The notes under the pieces: model-generated
What the model was told of the DNA's origin: nothing
Databases searched by the model: none
The model's input: only the letters and a program-made list of their open reading frames with translations
Part shown: positions 28,183 through 38,153 of the stretch, piece after piece
How positions within the stretch are numbered: position 1 is the stretch's first letter
Layout: each line of letters starts with the position of its first letter
Translations under genes and position numbers: made by a program
From: a virus
Lineage: Duplodnaviria; Caudoviricetes
Virus record (IMG/VR): IMGVR_UViG_3300033067_000859
Span: 15,157-79,156 of that record
Strand: one strand, 5' to 3'
DNA: 64,000 nt

Positions 28183-31100
28183 TTAAATTAATGTGTTTCT
28201 GTTTAAACTTGCTGCTGTCAAGTTTAGCTGATTCGCTGTTACTGCAGAAATTATTTCCACGTTTTCTACTGTTGCTGCACTAATAATTATCTCGTTAGGT
28301 TCTGCGTTAATTTGATATAAATTACCAAAACTTACACTAGCATCTGTAGGGACAATTAATACACTTGCTACATTGGGACTTAAAGTCCTATGTAAATATG
28401 CACTCAATTCACTGAAATAAAAGGTTTCGCCAAACTCCCAATTTGCTATACTAAAATATTCATTAATAGCATTAATTACAGAAGTCTTAACGTCATTGTC
28501 ACTGATGTTAATAGACGAATTCTTGATAACTTTAAATGTGGCTTGTAGATTGCTAGGAGCTTTTGCCCCAAATAATACTTTAAATTTAGCCGAATTAAAC
28601 ACAATAGTATCACTGATACTCTTAACATCGTTTAGACTCGAGAACTGAGTACTCAATTCTTGAACTGTAGGTTCAGCTGGCTTAGCGACGGTATTGCTAG
28701 TATCCTGAATCCAATTTCTATAATCCTTTTCATAGGATGCAGTTAACAAATAGATATCGGTAATATTCGTACTGCTAGGGTCAATACGACGGCTACTCGG
28801 GCTGTTATGGCGATACTGGAACGACAAGTCCTGTCGACCGAATTTGGCAATGTATTGAGTTTGCTCAACCAGAGACCTAGTACCAGATAGCGAGTAAAAC
28901 TTATTTTCTTGAACAGCGTAGAACAACTGACCAGGGAGATATAGACTCTGATTATATTCAATGTCGGCAAAATTGTTATACAACGACACCACTTTGCTGT
29001 TATTAACTAATACTAAATTAGTGAAGTTTTCGTATCCTGCAACTTGCTCAAAGAATACTAGTTTGTTGTTGCTGTTTGTCTCTGGAGACACTACAATATT
29101 AAACAGATCTGGGTTATCCGGGATTCCATCGTTGTTGCTATCCGCAAATGTAACAAAGATTTTATCTTTGTTGATGTATCCGTCAGATTCAATGTAATTC
29201 TTATACACAAACCAAACAATGTCTTGACCTAATGGCGCCGAGGAATCGGGACCAGAATTAGTCTTTAAGAGTTTTATATTGTCATTGACCGTAGTACCAG
29301 TTTTAGAGTCAAAAATCTTAGTGCGCTGATCGTAGTAGAATGTAGTTTCGCCAGTGCTGTGCATGACATACTCAATGCCACGATAATAAACAATATATCC
29401 CTCGGCAGTATAAACGAACCTCATTAACCAACTGCTGTTAGCACCTGTACCACTAGTGTCATCTTGGCCATCTAAACTAAAACTTCCGCTAGTGTTTAAA
29501 TTCTCACTCTTAATGACTTCCCAAATTTGCTTCGATGCTTTAAAAGTTAACCCAAAATCAGATTGGCTTTGAATCAATTGGGCCACAGTGTCTGTGAAGA
29601 ATGTGGTGAATGCATTTTTAAAGACTGGATACACTAATTCAACTATAGCACCAGTCGGTACTTTAACGTTCAGTGTAACAGGACCCGACCCGTCTGCAAG
29701 GTTGCCGGAACCGTTGTTGGTACCATCGCCAAACACCTCAGTTACAGTGGCATACACTACGGTGTGGTCATGCACAGATGTAGGCAACCCAGGAACCATA
29801 TTGTTGCTAGCATCAAAATAGTAACCAGAGCGAGCCACAAATTTTACAATCGACCCTTTGCGCAAATATTTTGCATTATTACGCACCGCTCCGGCAATTT
29901 GTGCCAATGCGCGATTAAATGTAAAGTACCCAGTAGATTCGTTAGATCCAGTTGTACTTAAATTCCATACAAAATCGCTCACAGGAAATGTTGGATAGTT
30001 TGCATAATAAAAATGCAGCATTTCCTTACTAGCAATTTTCTCTACTACCTGTCGATTAATGGTATTGATTACATCCGCTGTATTATTGAATGTGAATCTA
30101 AATGTACGAATAAAATTGTCTCTGTAGAGAACACCGTCTTGTGCAAAAATGTTAGTACTCGAATATTTGCCTGTACTGTCAACTACGTCAAGGAAACGAC
30201 TTTGCCCAGAACTAGTTCTGTTCAGACTCTTAACTTTAATGACATTACCAAAGCTAGTGTAAGGAAGGATGTTGTAATCTTCCCCAGTAATCATTCGATT
30301 TTGAGTATAATACTGCTGGGGTGCTTTTTGTCTAATATCCTCGGTACTTTCACGTGAATTAGCATTCGATACTGTGTATTGTAGGCTAGCTCTTATAGTA
30401 ATAGTCTCGGTCCTGCCCTGGCGATTAACATAGTTAAGCGAAATGTTAATACCCTTCATTTCGTCGGGTGTAATCTTATAAGTTAATCCGTTGCTGACAC
30501 GATAATATGCTCTAAAGTTACCAATTGGCATGTTTGTAAAACTGCCGTCACCAAACACCAAGTCGATTTGGTCAGCTGCTCTTGTATTAACTTGATACAA
30601 GTTGCGATCAGCACTGCTATTGTAAATTACGTTAACCCCGGAAATGGCCGGAACTTGTGCCCATTGATCCCCGAGTGACTTATTAGCATCTAGGCTATAA
30701 AGCCAAACATCGGTGTTGTTGATGTTACTATAGTTTACACTAACAATTCTGTTAGGGATCGTCTCATTGATACTAAATTCTTGACTAGATAACGTGCCTT
30801 GCTTGAAGTATACAAAGAATCCGGTGTCGTTACTGCTGTTACCGTAGTTGTCGTTGCGATAAAGGATGTTAAATGGTCCAGATGTGTTGGGCGCAACTTC
30901 GTAAATATAATCTTTGCCCGCGAATGTGGCACTAACTACTTCAAAATCAAAATTGCTTCCTTCAACAGGGGCCTGAAATGGATACACGCCGAGTACATTT
31001 TTAATTAGATTCAAGCTATACTCTTCGGTAGCAACACCGTTAATAACACGACTGCTACCTGGCTTGCCCACTACTTGGCTGTTAACCATTGATGCATTTA

Positions 31101-31578
31101 ATATAGTAGTAAATTGCTCTAGCCAGTTGTCGTTTGTTTGGTCGTTCCAGTTTACTACTAAATTACTTAGATTTAATCCGTTACTGTCGTATACAGTTTC
31201 TGTGGTGTAAATGCTTTCAATTTTTAGTAACCCAGAGCTGGCAATATTTCGTTTGGGGTTGTAGCTAATTAGGCGAGCTAATTTTAGGATACTATCACGG
31301 CGTTCAGCAGTGTCGATAAAATTTTCACGTGCGTTTAAGTCAGTTCTGAATGCTAGGCTTTGCCCCATAAAGGCAATAAGGTCAATAAGAGCTACAAACT
31401 CCGAGCTTTCTGTAAAATCGTTAAAATCCTCAGGATAGTAGACCCTAAGGTAATCGATCATTGTCTTGCGCAATGTCTCGAAGTCATAGCTAGTGAAGTC
31501 GGCCTCTTGAAAGGTTTGGTATATCTTTTTCCAGTTTTCTGCTACTAGCAAACTTGTTTGTCGTGCGTTGATTGCCAT
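28183..31578 (-). CDS. gp6: baseplate wedge subunit, T4 gp6-like
   Basis: DFETLR..YL..DF..S..LID..ENFIDTAERRDSILKLARLISYNPKR; IR..AP..Y..QNR.IT.EDY. Confidence 0.85.
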   Translation of the reverse strand: MAINARQTSLLVAENWKKIYQTFQEADFTSYDFETLRKTMIDYLRVYYPEDFNDFTESSEFVALIDLIAFMGQSLAFRTDLNARENFIDTAERRDSILKLARLISYNPKRNIASSGLLKIESIYTTETVYDSNGLNLSNLVVNWNDQTNDNWLEQFTTILNASMVNSQVVGKPGSSRVINGVATEEYSLNLIKNVLGVYPFQAPVEGSNFDFEVVSATFAGKDYIYEVAPNTSGPFNILYRNDNYGNSSNDTGFFVYFKQGTLSSQEFSINETIPNRIVSVNYSNINNTDVWLYSLDANKSLGDQWAQVPAISGVNVIYNSSADRNLYQVNTRAADQIDLVFGDGSFTNMPIGNFRAYYRVSNGLTYKITPDEMKGINISLNYVNRQGRTETITIRASLQYTVSNANSRESTEDIRQKAPQQYYTQNRMITGEDYNILPYTSFGNVIKVKSLNRTSSGQSRFLDVVDSTGKYSSTNIFAQDGVLYRDNFIRTFRFTFNNTADVINTINRQVVEKIASKEMLHFYYANYPTFPVSDFVWNLSTTGSNESTGYFTFNRALAQIAGAVRNNAKYLRKGSIVKFVARSGYYFDASNNMVPGLPTSVHDHTVVYATVTEVFGDGTNNGSGNLADGSGPVTLNVKVPTGAIVELVYPVFKNAFTTFFTDTVAQLIQSQSDFGLTFKASKQIWEVIKSENLNTSGSFSLDGQDDTSGTGANSSWLMRFVYTAEGYIVYYRGIEYVMHSTGETTFYYDQRTKIFDSKTGTTVNDNIKLLKTNSGPDSSAPLGQDIVWFVYKNYIESDGYINKDKIFVTFADSNNDGIPDNPDLFNIVVSPETNSNNKLVFFEQVAGYENFTNLVLVNNSKVVSLYNNFADIEYNQSLYLPGQLFYAVQENKFYSLSGTRSLVEQTQYIAKFGRQDLSFQYRHNSPSSRRIDPSSTNITDIYLLTASYEKDYRNWIQDTSNTVAKPAEPTVQELSTQFSSLNDVKSISDTIVFNSAKFKVLFGAKAPSNLQATFKVIKNSSINISDNDVKTSVINAINEYFSIANWEFGETFYFSELSAYLHRTLSPNVASVLIVPTDASVSFGNLYQINAEPNEIIISAATVENVEIISAVTANQLNLTAASLNRNTLI

Positions 31579-31596
31579 CTATTAACCCGTTTTTAA

Positions 31597-31603
31597 TATT
31601 TAT
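31597..31603 (-). promoter_or_regulatory. late promoter ATAAATA for gp6
   Basis: Intergenic motif 18 nt before the ATG, overlapping the IR TATTAA/TTAATA (31580-31598). Confidence 0.65.
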
Positions 31604-31626
31604 TGGTGCTATAATGTACGCACTAA

Positions 31627-32001
31627 TTACGCCATGCTAACAGTTTTACTGTTCTGATCGAAGTTGAACTTTAATAATTGAGTTTGATCTGATGGCACGT
31701 ATGTAAGCTCTAATGCAATTTGTAGTCCGTATTCAAAACGGGTGACATTGACATTATCTATTGTTATCCTAGGATCGTAGGCTGCGATAGCTTTTATGTC
31801 TGAAACAATTGCTGCTTTAATTTCTTCAGTAAAAGGCTCAAACAGTACACCCCAGATAATTGTACCAAAGTCTGGGTTCATTAACTTTTCGCCTTTGCGA
31901 ATGTGAAAATGATTGTACAAGTCTTGCTTGACTAACTCGAAATCGGTTAGTCTAAACTTTTTAACTCGATTGTATGTACTGAAGCCTTTGTATGTAGTCA
32001 T
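31627..32001 (-). CDS. gp25: baseplate wedge subunit, gp25-like
   Basis: LVKQDLYNHF..RKGEKLMNPDFGT.IW..LFEP..DPRI. Confidence 0.9.
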   Translation of the reverse strand: MTTYKGFSTYNRVKKFRLTDFELVKQDLYNHFHIRKGEKLMNPDFGTIIWGVLFEPFTEEIKAAIVSDIKAIAAYDPRITIDNVNVTRFEYGLQIALELTYVPSDQTQLLKFNFDQNSKTVSMA

Positions 32002-32007
32002 AATATG

Positions 32008-32014
32008 TATTTAA
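32008..32014 (-). promoter_or_regulatory. late promoter TTAAATA overlapping the gp5 stop codon
   Basis: GGT TAA ATA catatt ATG: 6 nt to the gp25 start, no SD. Confidence 0.65.
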
Positions 32015-34176
32015 CCCTGTGCTGCCAGCACATCTACGGCATATCTGCCGCGGTTAAAATACATAGATCCGGTAGTACCATACGCATCTGCGCCCCCACC
32101 GGTTAGGCGCCATTTTTTAGCGCCAGTTGCACCTAGCAACTGCGCCACTGCCATCATGCCAGCAACTGTACATAAGTCGTCGCCCTCTTTAATTCCACCA
32201 TTTCGAACTAAGTTACTATAGTTCATTTTTAGAAGAATTTGCATCAACTTTTCTTGCACTAGACCGTTGGCTAGAAAATCCTCTTTGCTCTTTATGCCAT
32301 CTTTGCCAGTCCACGAGCTAGGTATACCAATGGCTTTGTTGCCGCCATACAGGGCATATGCATCACGTTTGATATGACCCGTTTCCACTAGTGCTGCGGC
32401 ACCAAATTGATACTTGCCACAATAACCGATAGTGTTTACTATATCATATCGGCAATTGCTTTCTGTCCAGCCAATTTGAGTCATAAGGGCCTTGACCATA
32501 GTTGCAGTTAGAGGGCCAATACCATCAGTAACTGCCGGGGCATCGGATCGGGTCATGTAACTTTTGTTAACTGGTTTTGTTACACCCTGTCCCGAAGCCT
32601 CCTTTGGGCCAGGATCTAGTTGGTCCGTAGACTTTGACCCTTTACACTCAACTATAGGAATATCCTTCGACGGTGGCGGACCGGACGTTACACTATTTCC
32701 GGTACCAGAGCCGGTACTAGTACTAATTGCTGCTCCAGCAACACTACCAGTAACTACAGTCTGACCAGCAAGTGAAGAATTTTGATGTAAACTCCAAGGC
32801 TCATGAGATGGGGCAATTTCTGCAATTGTTGACAATCCCCCGTCAATGCTTTCCCATTTTCCTGCAGAGTTTTTACCAGTGTCGCTAAGTTTATTAATTT
32901 TAAGAGACTTGGGTCTGTTGACCCCGCCTCCGGCACCATTGTTTAGTGTTATAGTGCTGCCTGTTAGCTTTAGCCCAGCAGCACCAGTGTAACTGCCTAC
33001 CCCGGATGCATTGATATCTAATGTACCACTACTACCCAACCCAACTTTTCCGCCAAACATTGTTAAGTCTTGCGCACTATTGATACCTATCTTGTTGCTT
33101 TGCAAATTTAAACTTTTACCGGCGCTGACATTAACATCTTGACCTGCATTCAAGTTGATATTTTTGTCAGCATGAAAGTTTAGGTCCCCTTGTGCCCTAA
33201 CGTTTACGCTATTACTGCTGTAAATGTTTAAATGACCGGGTCCTGTCAATTCAACCCAAACGCTACCATCGCCATTGCCGATGTACAATATGCGTTCGCT
33301 GTCATTCATTAAAATCTGATGTCCGCCTGCTGTGCGCAAACGAACTAAGCGATCTTGGTCTTGGTAGTTGCCATCGTCCATGACAAAAGAGTGTCCGCCT
33401 TTCCTAGCAGCAACTGCATAGTCGCTTTCCTTAAGCTCGCCCGACTTGACTCTTTCGGCATATCCAGGATTGGTAGATGGGTCATTTATTGGCCGACCCG
33501 GTGTACTAATACCAAATACATAACTAGGGCTTTCGCGTTGACTCGAACTTGATATGATACCACGGATGTAGTCCTCATCAAGTCCTTGCCTTAGTAGTAC
33601 TTTGTACTGCTCTTCGTGAATTGGCTTCTTGGCTGTTACAAAGTTTGCCCAATCGACGTTTTCGCTGTTTTCGTTAAATTCTGCTACAATAGTAGGCTTA
33701 CCGTTGTAAGACGATTTTACTTGAGAGTCTTCAATATTACTTGAATCTACGTTTGTACTACCAGCATTGCCCGGAAGCATATGATGTCCCAGCTGATTGG
33801 GAATACATGCAAACCAATAGCCCCTGTTAGGATCACCAGCAACAAAGGTACATAACACTAGATTACCAATATCGGGACTAACTGCCCAGAAACCATATGT
33901 GTGTTTTACTTTACTAAATGTATTCTGTTTGTTAGTATCCGGCTGAGTAGTTGACCCTAAGTAGGGACTAGCATAGGAAACTGTCCTCCAATTGTCTACA
34001 TTATCCTCGTCTCCGCTAGATAAATCGGGAATGTATACTTGTACTCGACCGGATCTAGTAGGGTCTAAGTTGTTCTTAACTTTGCCAATGTAGGGACCCG
34101 AATCCAATCTAATAGAAGATTCTTCTCTCCTGTATTGATCTGGTATCTTTTTACTAACCCTTTTGTCCATTGCCAT
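32011..34176 (-). CDS. gp5: baseplate hub / tail spike gp5-like protein with a C-terminal lysozyme-like domain
   Basis: OB-fold GKVKNNLDPTRSGRVQVYIP; beta-helix repeats; C-terminal WTES..GYCGKYQFG..QEKLM. Confidence 0.8.
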   Translation of the reverse strand: MAMDKRVSKKIPDQYRREESSIRLDSGPYIGKVKNNLDPTRSGRVQVYIPDLSSGDEDNVDNWRTVSYASPYLGSTTQPDTNKQNTFSKVKHTYGFWAVSPDIGNLVLCTFVAGDPNRGYWFACIPNQLGHHMLPGNAGSTNVDSSNIEDSQVKSSYNGKPTIVAEFNENSENVDWANFVTAKKPIHEEQYKVLLRQGLDEDYIRGIISSSSQRESPSYVFGISTPGRPINDPSTNPGYAERVKSGELKESDYAVAARKGGHSFVMDDGNYQDQDRLVRLRTAGGHQILMNDSERILYIGNGDGSVWVELTGPGHLNIYSSNSVNVRAQGDLNFHADKNINLNAGQDVNVSAGKSLNLQSNKIGINSAQDLTMFGGKVGLGSSGTLDINASGVGSYTGAAGLKLTGSTITLNNGAGGGVNRPKSLKINKLSDTGKNSAGKWESIDGGLSTIAEIAPSHEPWSLHQNSSLAGQTVVTGSVAGAAISTSTGSGTGNSVTSGPPPSKDIPIVECKGSKSTDQLDPGPKEASGQGVTKPVNKSYMTRSDAPAVTDGIGPLTATMVKALMTQIGWTESNCRYDIVNTIGYCGKYQFGAAALVETGHIKRDAYALYGGNKAIGIPSSWTGKDGIKSKEDFLANGLVQEKLMQILLKMNYSNLVRNGGIKEGDDLCTVAGMMAVAQLLGATGAKKWRLTGGGADAYGTTGSMYFNRGRYAVDVLAAQG

Positions 34177-34180
34177 TGTA

Positions 34181-36916
34181 TTATCCTTGATCTGTTAGGG
34201 TGCTACTATCTATTAAAGGGGCAAACTTAATTGCCAACTTTATAGCCTGTTGCTCTTCAATTTGATCGTATGCTGTGTTGCCGTTGTCTTCGTCGCTATT
34301 TGATACTGCTGCGGTAGTGTATACTGCATCTGCATCCGCTGCCTTCAATTCTGCTGCCCTATCCGCAACCTGCTGATCTATCCCAGTAAACTCATCTGCT
34401 TCGGATGTAGCAGGTGCTTTTGCTTCAGCAACTGTAGTAACATCAGGTGCACGGTTGTCAACCTTTTTAATTTTAGAACCTGCTAGACTATCGTAATCAG
34501 GCTGATCAAATAATCGAATCATTTCTAAAGTTTGTGTAAACACTCCATTGGAAAATTCGTTGTCAACAGTAATAATCTTGTACATGCCACTAAACACACT
34601 AGTCTCAACTTGGCCCCACTCCATTAGCCCGCTCTTGGGGTTAAAGTCAACTGGCGTTTTGAATTGAACTAAAGCAAACACTTCACCTGCATCATAAATC
34701 ACACTGCCCGATTTAGGATCAACAGCTAAATCTGACCTCTGATCAGGATTGTTTACTGGATTAAAGAATACATCATCTTGCTTAATTAGCTCAGGGTCTC
34801 CAATGATCTTTAACTTAATATTGATCATATCGCCGCGGCTGCTACTGAGCATGCTCTTAGAAAAATCATTTATCAATACTCCCTTGCTATCGGGGCTGGC
34901 TGCATTGACCATGTCTGCTTGTCCACTAACAGGAACTACCACTTTATTTTGCACGTTAACAGGTTTGTCGGCTGCAACTGCATCATCAGTTTCATCTTGC
35001 TTGGGCTGCTTCTGAACTGTTGATTCTTGTATTTTGGCTCGGTCGGCGGTAATTGCTGTGTAGAACATTGTGTCAAAGTCAATGTCAAAGCTGATAATAC
35101 TTTGATTCTTGCCAGTGTACATATAGTTGTATTCTTTACAATAAAAATCGGGCTGCGAGGTTGGCACATCTCGAAATTTACTGTTATAATAGGTGTACTT
35201 CTTAACATAGTAAGTAGTTTTCTTACTATATTTGTCAAGCTTAGTATCAAACTGCTTTATTTCAATCACTGGAATAATGCGGTACCAGTCAATGGGTTTA
35301 TTCGATTTGTCTGCGGCCGTTTGCGGATCTACTGCGGGATCCTTAACTTGCCGCCGTATGTATTCGCTGCTACGCATGACCATGTTGATGACTTCCAGAA
35401 CGTTTGTACCTGCATTGATTGTAAATGTTTCAATACCGGGCTCAACCGGTGCTGTAGGTAACCCAGCTTGAGCTCTAATTGCCGCAATGCCACTAGCAGA
35501 ATTTGCTGTGGCCATGGGCGTTCTTGAAGCCGAAGTTTTTGCAGGAATCACAATTTCCGAACTGGCTATTTCGGGATCAAACACAAACTCGTAGATTTCC
35601 GGAAATTCCCTATGCTTGTTCTCTTTGAGCTGCCTCTGATAACTATTCATGGCCGCAGTATAACTACCTACAACGTAACTGGTGTTAACTCCATCTTTAC
35701 TTAGGGCTTTGGCTTGCGTTTCAGTTTCAGCCGATCTGGTGCCCTTAGGTTCAGCTTTACGCTGCTCAGCCGCTTCGCGCATAGACGATTCGACTCTTTC
35801 CGATACCAGCGATTGGACTTTAGTGATAGAATCTGCCTCGCCGGCTGATCCAGTAGAGCTAAAAAATTCCCCAACAGTCTTGGCCCGCACTTCTAAAAAT
35901 GCAGGCGTGCTAGCTGTCGTTTCACTAAATGCCTGATGGCTATAAGGCACCGCTTGCAACTGGTACTCGGTACCCTTGCTGCTTACTTTAACTTTACATC
36001 CGATTAGTTTAACTGGCAAATACTTAGATTGATTCTTAATGGGGTGCATTAAGTTACCCAATGTGTCATTACCAAAAAAGTCAATTTGCAACAAAAAGGG
36101 AATCTGCATCCAGCTCTTGGCCCCGATGTCTTGAGTTACAAATAGCAACCGATTGATTAAAGTAACACCGTAGGGCTCAACTAGCGTAAAGTTAATTTCA
36201 ACTGCATTGCTGTTACGACTCCTAGAGTTCATGCCAACTACAGTTTTAAACACTAAGTTTTCAAAATAAAAGTCTTCGTTGAACCGAGCATTTCGCTGAA
36301 AATCAACAGAGTCCCTACGCCCGGCGCTGGCTATTAAAACAGTCTTGTCATTATTTTTGTAAATGTACCCCGGTTTAGTAACCAAATCGTTATATTTGTC
36401 TGGAGGTATTACATGAAAACTCAATCCGTATGTGTAATCCGCATATTCAAATAGAGGATTGTCACGTGGTTTAATGCCAGACTTGTTTTGCCCAATTGAT
36501 GCTTTTTTTACTGACTCGTCAACTACTGCTTTTTTACGATCTTCATTGGCAGTTGCAGCCGACTCTACTTGCGACTGACTAGTGTTTTCCGGACCAACCT
36601 CGGGGCTTCGTTCATCAGCCGGAGTTTCTGACGACTTGATGTTATTGACTTCCTTTTCAGTCATGTCCTCGGTAGTACTAGCATCCGGTGCAGTCTCGGC
36701 AACAGTTGGTTCGTCTTTGGGATTGGATGCTGCTCGTGGATCAACCGGCGATGGCAGATCCCCTGCATTAACTCCCTTGGCTTTGGCCAAAGACATAAGT
36801 CCTGCAGGACTTTCTGCACGAGCTAAAGTTTTGCCCGCGCCATCTACCATCAATAAAAGTCCAGTGTTATCGTCAACCTTTATCGATAAAGGGTTTGTGT
36901 AGTCAGTTGATGCCAT
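34181..36916 (-). CDS. baseplate hub protein (gp27-like position)
   Basis: Immediately upstream of gp5; LKIIGDP and YKIITVDNEFSNGVFTQTLEM hub-like motifs. Confidence 0.55.
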   Translation of the reverse strand: MASTDYTNPLSIKVDDNTGLLLMVDGAGKTLARAESPAGLMSLAKAKGVNAGDLPSPVDPRAASNPKDEPTVAETAPDASTTEDMTEKEVNNIKSSETPADERSPEVGPENTSQSQVESAATANEDRKKAVVDESVKKASIGQNKSGIKPRDNPLFEYADYTYGLSFHVIPPDKYNDLVTKPGYIYKNNDKTVLIASAGRRDSVDFQRNARFNEDFYFENLVFKTVVGMNSRSRNSNAVEINFTLVEPYGVTLINRLLFVTQDIGAKSWMQIPFLLQIDFFGNDTLGNLMHPIKNQSKYLPVKLIGCKVKVSSKGTEYQLQAVPYSHQAFSETTASTPAFLEVRAKTVGEFFSSTGSAGEADSITKVQSLVSERVESSMREAAEQRKAEPKGTRSAETETQAKALSKDGVNTSYVVGSYTAAMNSYQRQLKENKHREFPEIYEFVFDPEIASSEIVIPAKTSASRTPMATANSASGIAAIRAQAGLPTAPVEPGIETFTINAGTNVLEVINMVMRSSEYIRRQVKDPAVDPQTAADKSNKPIDWYRIIPVIEIKQFDTKLDKYSKKTTYYVKKYTYYNSKFRDVPTSQPDFYCKEYNYMYTGKNQSIISFDIDFDTMFYTAITADRAKIQESTVQKQPKQDETDDAVAADKPVNVQNKVVVPVSGQADMVNAASPDSKGVLINDFSKSMLSSSRGDMINIKLKIIGDPELIKQDDVFFNPVNNPDQRSDLAVDPKSGSVIYDAGEVFALVQFKTPVDFNPKSGLMEWGQVETSVFSGMYKIITVDNEFSNGVFTQTLEMIRLFDQPDYDSLAGSKIKKVDNRAPDVTTVAEAKAPATSEADEFTGIDQQVADRAAELKAADADAVYTTAAVSNSDEDNGNTAYDQIEEQQAIKLAIKFAPLIDSSTLTDQG

Positions 36917-36919
36917 TGA

Positions 36920-37219
36920 TTACAGCCCCAAAGTTGCAACTAATGTTTCTTTTTTAGGAATAAAGATATGTTGCCCCGGATAAAAATCAAAAATAGGATC
37001 TTTAAGAACGTTAGGGTTACGACTAACAAACACCCACCACAGTGTAGAGTCTCCGTACAAGTCATAGGCCAGCATATCGGGGCGGTGCTTATATACCGCA
37101 TCAATCACATACTCTACATCCGATGCTGTTTTGGGAATAGGCCGAAATTCAAGAACATCAAGAAATCTCCCAAACATTCCAGTCCCATAATAAGGACTAG
37201 CTTTACTGTATGTTGCCAT
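36920..37219 (-). CDS. LysM / tail-X-like baseplate protein (gp53-like)
   Basis: RPDMLAYDLYGDSTLWWVF..NP..G..IFIP. Confidence 0.8.
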   Translation of the reverse strand: MATYSKASPYYGTGMFGRFLDVLEFRPIPKTASDVEYVIDAVYKHRPDMLAYDLYGDSTLWWVFVSRNPNVLKDPIFDFYPGQHIFIPKKETLVATLGL

Positions 37220-38091
37220 TAGATAAATCCTCCGCCCACTAGTTTGCCACTAGCAAATTTATCCAAGTCAAATTCAGCAACACTCTTTCTGCTGTAGATG
37301 GGCTGCAAGCTAATTTGAATTTGACTAATTGTAGGCAATCGATTCATGCGACTCTTACCGGACGTCGTACTGCCTTCGTAAGGGTATTTTTCGGACGCAT
37401 CCATAGACATAGGATCAAATGTCACAGACGGCACTTCTAAGTAATCAACATCCTGCCCCATTGTGTGAGTAAAACTAGTCAGAATGCAAGGAACATTAGG
37501 GAACAAATGCTCCCCGTAACCATTTAGAAATAACACAGGCGGGGGGTTACCAGCATTGCTGCCATTACCGTAAAACATCTTTGTTGCAGATCTGAAGAAA
37601 TAAATACAAGCTAGCAGATACTGACCTTCCTCCACTGTTTGTACTGTAAAATCGCCACTCAAGTTGATGGCTTGCACATCACTTGAATCATAAAAGTATG
37701 CTGCATAGTTGCTATGAGTTGTCTTTTGTGACGAGTAATTTGCGCTGTAAGAAGTTGTAATATTTGGTGTATAAGGAAAAACTACGCCCTGTGTGCTGAT
37801 CAAAGGGGCCAAAATTCCTGCTTCCCCTTTGTAAAATATGCCGCTAGATTCGCCAACACTAACACGAACTCGCCAGTCGTTCTCAATAGGCACTGTAGTA
37901 CCGTCTCTGGATCCAACCGAAAATCCGACCCTAGTTTCGGGAGCTTGCATCGTTGCTCGACGACCGCCGGCAGCTAATCCAGCAATACTCAAACGAGCTT
38001 TGCTGGGATCGAGTGTGTCACCGATCCTGTTTTTAACGAAATCGGTAACTTTGCCTAACCCCGATGATATGCTATCTAAACTAAAAGACAT
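37219..38091 (-). CDS. tail-tube initiator / baseplate protein (gp48/54-like)
   Basis: FPYTPNI, PPPVLFLNGYG and P.ISQIQISLQP tube-fold motifs. Confidence 0.6.
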   Translation of the reverse strand: MSFSLDSISSGLGKVTDFVKNRIGDTLDPSKARLSIAGLAAGGRRATMQAPETRVGFSVGSRDGTTVPIENDWRVRVSVGESSGIFYKGEAGILAPLISTQGVVFPYTPNITTSYSANYSSQKTTHSNYAAYFYDSSDVQAINLSGDFTVQTVEEGQYLLACIYFFRSATKMFYGNGSNAGNPPPVLFLNGYGEHLFPNVPCILTSFTHTMGQDVDYLEVPSVTFDPMSMDASEKYPYEGSTTSGKSRMNRLPTISQIQISLQPIYSRKSVAEFDLDKFASGKLVGGGFI

Positions 38092-38102
38092 TGAATAACC
38101 CC

Positions 38103-38131
38103 TTGCTTTTAGTATTTATTTGTAGTAATAT
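38103..38131 (+). promoter_or_regulatory. sigma70-type promoter for gp55, with an opposite-strand late promoter (ATAAATA, 38119-38113) in its spacer
   Basis: TTGCTT (38103-38108), N17, TAATAT (38126-38131). Confidence 0.55.
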
Positions 38132-38153
38132 ATGCTTAGTTTTTAAGGAAACC

